Shown: positions 40,581-49,900 of the stretch, piece after piece | Position numbering within the stretch: position 1 is the stretch's first letter | Layout of the letters: the number at the start of each line of letters is the position of its first letter | Assembly (NCBI GenBank): GCA_025351245.1 | Contig: JANXWH010000098.1 | Span: forward strand, 1 to 55,852 | DNA: 55,852 nt | From: Chloroflexota bacterium | Lineage (GTDB): Bacteria; Chloroflexota; Limnocylindria; Limnocylindrales; CSP1-4 | Direction: 5' to 3' | Notes under the pieces: generated by a model | Told to the model about the DNA's origin: nothing | What the model saw: only the letters and a program-made list of their open reading frames with translations | Databases searched by the model: none | Program-made: the position numbers and the translations under genes

Positions 40581-41588
40581 TCAGAGCCGCTCGGCGATGA
40601 TCTTGACGAGGTCCGCGACGCGGCAGCTGTAGCCCCACTCGTTGTCGTACCACGCGATGACCTTCACGAAGTTGCCGCCCAGGACCATCGTGCATGCGCT
40701 GTCGATGATCGAGGAGCGCGTGTCGCCGCGGAAGTCGGAGCTCACGAGTGGCTCGTCGCTGACACCGAGGATGCCCTTCATGGGGCCGGCCGCGGCGGCC
40801 CGGAAGGCCGCGTTGAGCTCCTCGACGGTCGTCTCGCGCTCGAGCTCGGCGGTGAAGTCGACGACGGAGACGGTCGGGGTGGGGACACGGAGGCTGAAGC
40901 CGTCGAACTTGCCCTTCAGGTCCGGGATGACGAGCGCGAGCGCCTTCGCGGCGCCGGTCGTCGTGGGGATGATGTTCAGGGCGGCGGCGCGGGCACGACG
41001 CGGGTCCTTGTGGGCGACGTCCAGGATCTTCTGGTCGTTCGTGTACGAGTGGATCGTGTTCATGAGGCCGCGCCGGATGGTCCATCCGTCGTGGACGACC
41101 TTGGCCGCCGGGGCAAGGCAGTTCGTGGTGCAACTCGCGTTGCTGATGATGTGGTGCCTGGCCGGGTCGTAGGCCGCGTCATTGACGCCGAGGACGATGG
41201 TCACGTCCTCCTTCTTGGCCGGGGCGCTGATGAGCACCTTCTTCGCGCCAGCGTCGATGTGCACGCGTGCCTTGTCGGCATCCGTGAAGCGACCCGTCGA
41301 CTCGATGACGATGTCGACGCCAAGCGCCTTCCACGGCAGCTGCGACGGATCCGCGACCTGGAGAACCTTGATCTCGTGGCCGTCGACGATGATCGCGTCG
41401 TCGGTATGCTCCACGGTCCCTGCGAAGGCGCCGTAGGTGGAATCGTGCTTGAAGAGGAGCGCGTTCGTCGGGACGTCGACGATGTCGTTGACCGCCACCA
41501 CTTCGATGTCGGGGGCGCGCTCGATGAGCGCCTTGAGGGACTGCCGGCCGATTCGACCGAACCCGTTGATGCCCACGCGTACGGACAT
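40581..41588 (-). CDS. gap: Glyceraldehyde-3-phosphate dehydrogenase
   Basis: The protein begins [16 protein letters not shown] and has the active site SNASCTTNC. The ATG at 41588 is preceded by GGAGG. Confidence 0.95.
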   Translation of the reverse strand: MSVRVGINGFGRIGRQSLKALIERAPDIEVVAVNDIVDVPTNALLFKHDSTYGAFAGTVEHTDDAIIVDGHEIKVLQVADPSQLPWKALGVDIVIESTGRFTDADKARVHIDAGAKKVLISAPAKKEDVTIVLGVNDAAYDPARHHIISNASCTTNCLAPAAKVVHDGWTIRRGLMNTIHSYTNDQKILDVAHKDPRRARAAALNIIPTTTGAAKALALVIPDLKGKFDGFSLRVPTPTVSVVDFTAELERETTVEELNAAFRAAAAGPMKGILGVSDEPLVSSDFRGDTRSSIIDSACTMVLGGNFVKVIAWYDNEWGYSCRVADLVKIIAERL

Positions 41589-42005
41589 GAGTTGAACCTC
41601 CGCTGTGCGGTTAGATGGACCGGTTGAACCCGGCCGCGACGTGCGCAGCCGGGTGGGATGCATGAGGACGCAGGGGTGGAGGCGCCGCGCCGATGAGCGC
41701 GGCACCCGTGGCGAGCGCCCCGCGGAGCCGGAGTGCCCCGCTTCGGCCGGCGCGGGCAACAGAGCGGGCCGAGCGATCAGCGACGGCGCATGGCGGCGCG
41801 CTGCCGACTCCGGGGGCGGGAACGGGCCGTGGGGACACTGGACCTCGTAGGTGCGGCGGGAACCACGCGCATTCTACCAAGCGTCCCGTGCCGGTCAGTC
41901 GGGCCGACCGTCCCGCCGTCACGGTCCGAACGGCCCGCAGCGCCGCGGGAACCCGGACGGGGCAAGCCGGCCCGGTCGCCGTCGCTGGCTGGAGCGGGCG
42001 GGGCC

Positions 42006-42084
42006 GTGCCGGCCCGGGCGGGGCGGCCCCGTGCGGGTCCACGCCGCGCGACCAGGTGCCGGCCCGGGCGGGGCGGCCCCGTGC
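42006..42084. repeat. Perfect 29-nt direct repeat GTGCCGGCCCGGGCGGGGCGGCCCCGTGC, two copies (42006-42034 and 42056-42084)
   Basis: Read directly from the sequence. The period is 50 nt, and each copy has internal self-complementarity. Confidence 0.75.
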
Positions 42085-42096
42085 CGGCCCGGAAAG

Positions 42097-42134
42097 CGAT
42101 CGAGCCCCCGCCGTCTCCGGCGAGGGCTCGATCG
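42097..42134 (-). terminator. Hairpin downstream of the zinc-ribbon gene
   Basis: The stem CGATCGAGCCC / GGGCTCGATCG has a 16-nt loop and lies 17 nt after the stop at 42151. Confidence 0.45.
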
Positions 42135-42150
42135 ATCGCGCGAGGTGCGG

Positions 42151-42291
42151 TCAGCCGCCGATGCGGAACATCTTCGTGCCGCAAACCGGGCAGGTGCCCT
42201 GTGTAGCGGGCTTACCGTTCTTCATCGTGATCTTCTGTGCGTCCTTCATCTCGCGCTTTGCCTTGCACTTTACGCAGTACGCCTCGGCCAC
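42151..42291 (-). CDS. Small zinc-ribbon protein (46 aa), DUF5679-like
   Basis: The protein reads VAEAYCVKCKAKREMKDAQKITMKNGKPATQGTCPVCGTKMFRIGG, with CxxC...CxxC. The GTG at 42291 is preceded by GGAGG. Local GC is lower than in the surroundings. Confidence 0.7.
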   Translation of the reverse strand: MAEAYCVKCKAKREMKDAQKITMKNGKPATQGTCPVCGTKMFRIGG

Positions 42292-42460
42292 TCCAGGAGC
42301 CTCCCTTTCGTCACGGTGGACGTCGTCGGACCGGTCGCCCGGCGCTCGTCCGTTACGAGCGATACGGGTTCGGCGCAGCCATCTGGTGGGGATTCGTCGA
42401 ACCCAACAGATCCGAGGCGGCGCGAACTCGCGCAACGGTAGTCCGCGCCGCATCGGAGCG

Positions 42461-45400
42461 TCAAGCCGATTCCCGCGCGATTGGGCCGGATGACGCGCTC
42501 GGCGGCGCGGGATCGTCGGCAACCGCGACCTGATCCGGCGTCGACGCGGCCCTGAACGGGACCCCGATCTCGGCGACGCGTCGCGCGATGCGCGCCCGGA
42601 CGATGCGCCGATCCCGGCGTCGACGGACCACCACGAGCATCGCCCCGGCAGTGGCGAGCGCGCCGATCGAGCCGGCCCCGGCCGTCATCGGCGCAAACGG
42701 GACGTCGCCGACGCCACCCGCCGCGACCGTCTCCGGCGACGCGGTCACCGGCGACGAAGGTGCGCCTGGGTCATCCGACTGGAGTACCTCCGTGCCGTCG
42801 GCCGGGACGACTTTGTCCGAGAGCGGGAACTCCTCCCCGAGGTCGCCGAGCCGCACGAGGTCGGCCGCATCGGTCACCCGGATCGTCGGCGGCGTCCCGG
42901 CCTGGACGACACCAACAGCGCCGATGGCGTCACCGGGTCCAAGCAGCGGCAGCAGCGAACGCGCATCACCGGCGAGATCGAGTCGCACGCTCCCGGTCCC
43001 GTCATCGAGAACGAGCCCCGTCGCGTCCACCGCCACGACGAGGCCGCCGACACGGACGGAGCGGCCGGCGAGGCTGGCGAGGCCCGCAGCGTCCGCCGAC
43101 ACGGGTGCAGTCGTGCCCCCCGCTCCGCCCCAACCGAACGCCCCGGACGTGGCGGACGTGCCCGGCCCGCTCGCCCCCGCACCGGGTCGGGCCGTTCCCG
43201 CCGAGCCGGTTGCACGGGCAAGGACCCGGATGTCGGCTGGCGATCGCGGCACGATGACGAAGTGCTGGTCCGTCGCAGCCGGGTTCGGGCGGAGGAGGAT
43301 TCCGACGATGCGGACCCGGCTGCCCTCGGCGAGGGTCGTTGCCGGGATCCCGGCGCCCGGCAGCCCGGCAACCGGAACCGACCCGCCGGCGACAGCGAGC
43401 TCCGCGCGCCATCGATCCCCGAGTCGGCGCTGGGCGGCGACGGTGCCCTCGATCGCGACGAGGCGCCACTCCAGCGCGGTCGAGGGCGGGCCGGCCAGCG
43501 CAGTTGGAGCCGGCTCTGCCGCGTGCCCGAGGACGATAAGCGTTGCGGCGGTGATCCGCGGTGCGCCGTATGCGCGGCCGAGCGTTCCGACGACGCGCAC
43601 GCGGTCTCCGGGGCGCGGGGCGGACGCGTCGCGGGGAACCAGGAACTCGACGGCAGCCGTCGCGTCCTGGACCACCGACCGGCGGCCCGTCGCGTCGAGG
43701 AGCGTGCTCGACACGCTGACGGTTCCCTCGACCGCGACGCTCCCGCTCCCGAGGCCGAGTGCGGCCGCGATCGTCGCGACGGGTGGATCCGACGCGCCGG
43801 GCCGCGGACGCGGCGTCGTCCCAGGTGACGGCATGGGCGTCGGGCTCGGCGTGGCGCCGGCGGGCCGGGTCACGTCGCCCACGTCGCGCAGCCAGAGGCG
43901 ATAGCCATCGAGCTTCCCGCGAGCGGACGCACGCTGCCCCACGATGCCGACGAGGCGCAGCCGATCGCCGCGCCCAGCAACCTTCGGCTCTAGGCCGCTC
44001 GCGCGCGCGGCGCGAGCACGAAACGGCACGCCGGTCGCGTCGAGCAGGCTCAACACGAGGTCGCCGCCCGGCTCGCGGACGATGGCAGCGTCGAGCGTCG
44101 CGTCGAGCGTGACGAGGCGGGCCTCCACGAGCTCGCCGAGCGATGCGGCCCCGATCGGCAGCGGGTCGGCGAGCGTGGCCGCGCTGATGAGCCGGACGCC
44201 CTCGGCCGCCGGCCGGATCTCCAGCTGCCCGTACGGGTCGACCAGGCGGCCGACGACGTCAAGGAGCGCCCCGCGGGCCGGCGCCGCGCCGTCGGGGAAC
44301 CGGACGAAAATGCCGCCGCTCGCGTCGGCGACGACGCCAAGCGGCGGGAGCCCCACCCGTCCGGGCTCGGCGGTGACGACGCCGCGAACGCGGACCGTGG
44401 TCCCGATCGCCGCGCTGCGCGCAACCGCGATCGTCGCCGGTTCGCCGGGCGGTGCCGGCGTAGGCGACGGCGTAGGTGACGGGGCAGGTGACGGCGACGA
44501 CGGTGGCGATGGCGCAGGGCTCGGCCTGGGCGTTTGGGAAGGGCTCGGCGTGGGCGATGGCGAGGGCGCAGGGCTCGGCGTGGGCGATGGCGAGGGCGCC
44601 GGCTCCTCGATCAGGTCGAGCGCGTCGACGACGAACAGGCGATACCCGGTCGTGCCGGTCCCCGAGGAGTCGCGCTGCCCGAGCGAACCCGCGACCGAGA
44701 CGAGGCTGCCTCGGGCCGGCACGAACGCGCCCGCGCTCCCGGCGAAGATGATGCGCAGGGGGCCGGACCCATCATCGAGCGTGACCGCCGGACCGTCGGT
44801 GAGGATCGTCGGCGCGTCGACCACCGTGCCATGGACCCGGAGGCGCAGGCCCTCGAGCGGCTCGACCGCGGCGCCGGTCGTCGCCTCCGTCGCGAGCGGC
44901 ACCGGGCCGGCGGCCAGCAGCGTCGGCGGGCCCGCAAGTCGGATGGTGCGCTCGCCGTAGCGGTCATCGACGACGCCGGCCACGCGGATCAGCGACCCGG
45001 CCGCCATCGGATCGGCGACTGATGCCGCGTAGATCGCGATTCCCGCGGTGTCGTCCTGCAGGAACCCGCCGCGACCAGCCTCGAGGAGGCCGAGCGTGGT
45101 CGACAGGACGCCCTCGACCGTGACGGAGGTCCCGTCGGGTGCCCCGCGCGCCGCGGCGATCGAGACGGCGGCAATCGGTGTCGGCGACGGCGCCGGGCTC
45201 GGCGTTGGCGTGGGCGTCGGTGTCGGCGTGGGTGTCGGCGTGGGCGTGGGTGTCGGCGTGGGCGTGGGTGTTGGCGTCGGTGTTGGCGACGGCGCCGGGC
45301 TCGGCGTTGGCGTGGGCGTCGGCGTCGGCGTGGGCGTTGGCGTCGGAGACGCGGACGGCCCCGGAACGGGGGCTGCCGCGCGGCTTTGCGGGATCGGCGC

Positions 45401-46012
45401 CGGGAGCACCGCCCAATCTGCGGCGTTCTGGTTCGTGTCAGTGACGTTGCCACTGCTTCCGCCGGGTCGCCGCTCGATGCTCTGGCCGGCCGGCGGTGCC
45501 GTCGCGGCGGCGCCCTCGACGAACGCGTTCGTGGCATCGCCCCAACCAACCGCGTCGACGGGAGTCCCACCGACCGGACGAAGCACCAACGAGCCGCCCG
45601 TGGCCGCGAACCCGCCAGAATACGTGGCATCGGCGGTCGCGGCATACGATCCGAGGGCGTTCGCCACGAGCAGGTGCTGTCCCGTGGCGAGGAGCGTCAG
45701 GTCGCTCCAGGTCGCCTTCCTGGTCACGGTGGACCCCGACGACGTGACGTAGGCCAGCTCCATGCCCGCCAGGTCGGCCGGGACGGTACCTGCGTTCGTG
45801 ATCTCGACGTATTCGTCCGATGCGGACGTACCGCCGGTGACCACCTCGGCGATGAGGAGTCCCGCGGAGGGCGGCCACGCGACCGCCGCCGCGGGGCGCA
45901 GGTTCACCATCGGAGCGGGTGGCGCCTGGGGCCGCGGCGGGCCGCCAACCAACGTGGCGAGCAGAAGCAGGCTGGCGAGCGCGCCGAACGCGGCGCTCCT
46001 CGGGGCGCGCAT
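42461..46012 (-). CDS. Large secreted, C-terminally membrane-anchored protein with a lamin-tail domain, Pro/Thr/Ser linkers and about seven repeated beta-rich modules
   Basis: It has a signal peptide ([23 protein letters not shown]) and an LTD pattern (LLIAEVV...[18 protein letters not shown]...). Two PT/PS linkers follow, then repeated modules of the type IAAAR...G..V.VEGVV......GGF.QD..GI.........G..V.V.G.V. A C-terminal TM helix is followed by RRRRDRR. Confidence 0.75.
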   Translation of the reverse strand: MRAPRSAAFGALASLLLLATLVGGPPRPQAPPAPMVNLRPAAAVAWPPSAGLLIAEVVTGGTSASDEYVEITNAGTVPADLAGMELAYVTSSGSTVTRKATWSDLTLLATGQHLLVANALGSYAATADATYSGGFAATGGSLVLRPVGGTPVDAVGWGDATNAFVEGAAATAPPAGQSIERRPGGSSGNVTDTNQNAADWAVLPAPIPQSRAAAPVPGPSASPTPTPTPTPTPTPTPSPAPSPTPTPTPTPTPTPTPTPTPTPTPTPTPTPSPAPSPTPIAAVSIAAARGAPDGTSVTVEGVLSTTLGLLEAGRGGFLQDDTAGIAIYAASVADPMAAGSLIRVAGVVDDRYGERTIRLAGPPTLLAAGPVPLATEATTGAAVEPLEGLRLRVHGTVVDAPTILTDGPAVTLDDGSGPLRIIFAGSAGAFVPARGSLVSVAGSLGQRDSSGTGTTGYRLFVVDALDLIEEPAPSPSPTPSPAPSPSPTPSPSQTPRPSPAPSPPSSPSPAPSPTPSPTPAPPGEPATIAVARSAAIGTTVRVRGVVTAEPGRVGLPPLGVVADASGGIFVRFPDGAAPARGALLDVVGRLVDPYGQLEIRPAAEGVRLISAATLADPLPIGAASLGELVEARLVTLDATLDAAIVREPGGDLVLSLLDATGVPFRARAARASGLEPKVAGRGDRLRLVGIVGQRASARGKLDGYRLWLRDVGDVTRPAGATPSPTPMPSPGTTPRPRPGASDPPVATIAAALGLGSGSVAVEGTVSVSSTLLDATGRRSVVQDATAAVEFLVPRDASAPRPGDRVRVVGTLGRAYGAPRITAATLIVLGHAAEPAPTALAGPPSTALEWRLVAIEGTVAAQRRLGDRWRAELAVAGGSVPVAGLPGAGIPATTLAEGSRVRIVGILLRPNPAATDQHFVIVPRSPADIRVLARATGSAGTARPGAGASGPGTSATSGAFGWGGAGGTTAPVSADAAGLASLAGRSVRVGGLVVAVDATGLVLDDGTGSVRLDLAGDARSLLPLLGPGDAIGAVGVVQAGTPPTIRVTDAADLVRLGDLGEEFPLSDKVVPADGTEVLQSDDPGAPSSPVTASPETVAAGGVGDVPFAPMTAGAGSIGALATAGAMLVVVRRRRDRRIVRARIARRVAEIGVPFRAASTPDQVAVADDPAPPSASSGPIARESA
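44455..44600. repeat. Low-complexity GC-rich repeat encoding the second Pro/Ser/Thr linker
   Basis: Reiterated GGCGAYGG/GGGCTCGGC units lie inside the CDS and encode [13 protein letters not shown]... Confidence 0.7.
45176..45350. repeat. Hexanucleotide-type repeat (GGCGTGGGYGTCGGY)n encoding the (PT)n linker
   Basis: Read directly from the sequence. It includes a roughly 38-nt segment (GGCGACGGCGCCGGGCTCGGCGTTGGCGTGGGCGTCGG) repeated about 101 nt apart. Confidence 0.8.
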
Positions 46013-46190
46013 GGACGACCTCCCGGCGGGCAGGTAGCGGCGGTGGGTGGCCGGCGGGCCGGACGTCGTGGCGGCAGCGACGCGATGGGTGTACCACGCA
46101 CCGCTCACCCATCACTTATCCGCAGCCGCGCTACGATGCTCGGCGCGGCACACCCCGCCGCCCCCCCCACGACACGACCCAGGAGGATCC

Positions 46191-46907
46191 GTGGCCCGCG
46201 CGAAGAGGACCGAGCGCGCCGAAGCTCGCCGCCGCTACCGTTCCGTCGAAGGAGTCACCGAGAACCCAGACCTCGAGATGGACGAGGCCGACGCCTTGGA
46301 CGTGCCGACCGCCGCGCTCCCCCGCGGCTCCCGTGCGAGAAGGGCCGAAGGTGGGGCGACTGCCCGGGGTGACGCCGCACCGCCCCCGCGCGCCGGCTTC
46401 CTCGCGTCACTTCGCCGCGCGGCGGCTCCGGCGGACATCCGCGCCGATGTCCGGGCGCTGCCGTCAATCGCGATCCACTCGAAGGCGCTCTGGGTGCCGC
46501 TGGCCGTGATCGGCGGCGTCACGGCGCTCTTCTTCATCCCCGGGATCTCGCGGAACCCGCTCGTCGCGCTGCTGGGAAACCTGGCGCTCCAGCCGCCGCC
46601 GATGATCCTGCCCTTCCTGGCCGGTATGCTGGCGCCACGGGGCGCCTGGCTCGTGGGCGGGATCGTGGCACTCGCCAACGCGGTCGCGTATGCACTGCTC
46701 TTCGGAGTCTTCACGAACTCGATCCAGACGGGGCTGGGCTTCACCTACGTCATGACCACGGACCAGAAGGTCGGGATCGTCGTGAACGCGATCCTGACCT
46801 CCGTGCCGTTCGGCATCCTCATCGGGGCGTTCGCCGGCTTCTACCGCCGGTTCCTCGCGATGTCGACCCCGGCCCGGCCTGCCCAGGCCAAGTCGAAGCG
46901 TCGCTGA
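46191..46907 (+). CDS. Hypothetical membrane protein with a basic, disordered N-terminal region
   Basis: The GTG at 46191 is preceded by AGGAGGA. An Arg-rich N-terminus of about 95 aa is followed by four to five TM segments. Confidence 0.6.
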   Translation: MARAKRTERAEARRRYRSVEGVTENPDLEMDEADALDVPTAALPRGSRARRAEGGATARGDAAPPPRAGFLASLRRAAAPADIRADVRALPSIAIHSKALWVPLAVIGGVTALFFIPGISRNPLVALLGNLALQPPPMILPFLAGMLAPRGAWLVGGIVALANAVAYALLFGVFTNSIQTGLGFTYVMTTDQKVGIVVNAILTSVPFGILIGAFAGFYRRFLAMSTPARPAQAKSKRR

Positions 46908-46955
46908 CCAACCGCCAATCCGGCATCGCGTGACGCCGGACCGATCCGTCGGTCG

Positions 46956-49900
46956 TCAGCCCAGCCGACGCATGCCCGCATGGCCAAGCTGGCGCACGCC
47001 GTCGGGTCGCTCGGGACCGCCGGCGGGTCGGGCCATCTCGACGAGCGGGCGGATCTCGTGGGCCACCACGTTCACCACGCTCGACTCCCGTTGCAGGCTT
47101 CCGTCAACCACCAGGAGGGCGTTGCGCCGTACCACGCCCCGCAGGCGCGCCCACGTGTCCGGCCAGAGCGTGACGTTGACCATCCCGGTCTCATCCTCGA
47201 GCGCGAGGAAGACGGTTCCCTTCGCCGTCATCGGGTGCTGGCGGGTCACGACCAGGCCACCCACCCGCACGCGACCGGGCCGCCGCTCCGCGAGCGCCGC
47301 GTTCGTGACCGCGCCCAGCCGCTCCAGCGCAGGGCGGAAGAGCCCCACCACCTGGCGCCGCGCGTCGAGCGAGAGGATCGCGTAGCTGTCACCGAGCCGC
47401 TCCAGCTCGGTGAGCGGCGGGAGGTCCGGCGCCGGCGTCGCCGGGAGCCGCAGGTCCAGGGGCCGGCCGGCCACCCGACCACCGCCCCTGGGTGCTCCTT
47501 TCGCCGGCCGTGCCACCTCCCGCAGCTGCCAGAGGAGCTCGCGGCGCGGCCGCCCCAGCGAGTCGAGCGCACCCGCGCGGATCAGCCGTTCGAGCACCTC
47601 CTCGGGGAGACCGGTCCGTTCCACGACGTCCGGAAGCGACGTGTAGGGACCGCGCGCCCGCTCCACGTCGAGGTGGGCGGCGTGCTCCTTGCCGATCCCC
47701 TTCACGAGATGAAGCCCCAGGCGGACGCCCCAGCCCACGGTGCCCTCCGCGGCCCATCGCTCACGCGCCGCGGAGACCGGGATCACGCAGGCTGACGAGC
47801 GAACCGGGCGCGGCCGCGCGGCGATCCCGGCATCGGCGGGGAGCGGCTCCCCGGGGTCGCCATCGTGGCGCCCGTCGTCGCCGGCCGTGCCCGCGAGCGC
47901 CCAGCCGGGCCGACCCGCCCACTCGGTCGTGGTTCGATGGAGGGACGCGTTGACGTCCACGGGGAGGACCGCGACGCCGTGGCGCTTCGCGTCGTTCACC
48001 AGCACCTCCACCGGATAGAAGCCCATCGGCTGGGCGTTGACCAGGCCAACGAGGAACTGGGCCGGGTAGAAGAGCTTGAGAAACGCCGACTCGTAGGCGG
48101 TCCGGGCAAAGGCTGCGGCGTGACTCTTTGCGAACCCGAAGCTCGCGAAGCCGGCGACCCCGCGGTAGAGCTCCTCCGCATCGACCCGCGGCATCCCCTG
48201 GACGCGAACGCAGCCGTCAACGAACCGGGCGTGGAGCTTCTCCATCTCCGCGCTAGAGCGCCACGTTCCCATCGCGCGACGGAACCCGTCCGAGTCCCCG
48301 GGCGAGAACCCGGCGACCTCGATCGCGATCCGCATCACCTGCTCCTGGTAGAGGATCACGCCCATCGAATCGCGGAGGATCGGCTCGAGCGACGGATGCA
48401 GGTAGGTCACCGGCTCCAGCCCCTGCCTGCGGCGCAGGTACGGGTGGACGGCGTTCCCCTGGATCGGGCCCGGCCGGATGATCGCGACCTCCACCACCAG
48501 GTCGTCAAGGCAGTTCGGGCGTGACTTCGGGAGCGTCTGCATCTGGGCTCGGCTCTCCACCTGGAAGACGCCCACGGTGTCGGCCGCCTGGAGCATCGCG
48601 AAGACCTCGGGGATCTCCTCCGGGAGCCGGTCGAGGTCCACGCACGTCGCGCAGTCGTGCTCCACGAGCGCAAGCGTCTCGTCCATGGCGGCGAGCATCC
48701 CGAGGCCCAGCAGGTCCAGCTTGATGAGCTTGAGCGTCTCCACGTCCCGCTTGTCGAACTGGACGACGACCCGGCCCGGCATCGTCGCGCGCTCCAGCGG
48801 CGCGATGTCGATGAGCGGCGCGGCAGTCACGAGCATGCCGCCGGTGTGGATGCTGAGGTGGCGGGGGAAGCCGTCGATTCGGGCGCACAGCTCCAGCCAG
48901 CGCTCCCACGGCGAGAGGCCGGCCACGCTCCCACCGCGCGGCCGGGACGGCGCCTCGGGGTCGATCCCGGGCGTCGGGCCGGGGGCGGGCGCCTCGGGGT
49001 CGGGGGCGGGCGTCGGGCCGTGGGCGGGCGCGGGATCCCAGTGCCTCGGCCGGCCCAGCCGGTCCACCGAGCGCGGCGGCGGCTCGAGGATCCCCGACTC
49101 CGCGTCGATCGCACGCCCGTCCATCGTGCCGGGCACGTCTGAGACGCGCCGCGGGCCGGCGCCAGGGCCGAATGTGTGTGCTGACGTGACCACCGGCGAC
49201 CCGCCGCGTGTCGGCGGCCCGACCGCGGTCGGCGAGCCGCCGCGCGCGAGCCACGCGACGCTCGCGGGGGAGTCGCCCGGGCCGCCCTTGTCATCCGACG
49301 GCCCACCCGAACGGATCGCGGGGCGGGGGCCACCGAACGGTGGACGGCCGTCAGGGCGCCCGGAAAGCCGAAACGGCAACGCGTGCCGAAACGCCGCCGT
49401 ATCACTCCCATCATTAGCGAGCAGGGTTCCACCGTCGGTGGTGCCAGCCACCAGCCTCGACCCGCCGGGCTGGCTGCTGCCGGGGGCCTGGTCGGAGCGT
49501 GACGCACCACGAACACGCTCCGAGAGTGCGGCGGCTGGGCCTCCCGAGCGCGTTCCCGGGCTCGGAGCGGCGACGGACGCCCCCGGAATGCTGTCCCCTA
49601 CGCCTGGGGCTGATACCGCGACGGCCTGGGCCGCGGGGACGAGCGTGGGTCCGTGCGCGGGGACGAGCGTGTGCCGAATCGCGGGGCCGAGCGTGTGCCC
49701 GACCGCGACGGCCTGGGCCGCGGGGCCGAGCGTGTCGTCCGACGGCCCACCGGGCCGAATCGCGTGGCCGAGCGTGTGCCGTGCCGCGGGGCCGAGCGTG
49801 TCGTCCGACGGCCCACCGGGCCGAATCGCGACGGCCTGGGCCGCGGGGCCTTCCCCCGCTCGGCGCGCGTCCTCGCGTCGCGGCAACCGCCCGTTCCCCG

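Noticed and set aside
45176-45350. A non-coding minisatellite.
   Set aside because: It lies inside a long CDS and translates in frame to a (PT)n/(PS)n linker typical of secreted multidomain proteins.
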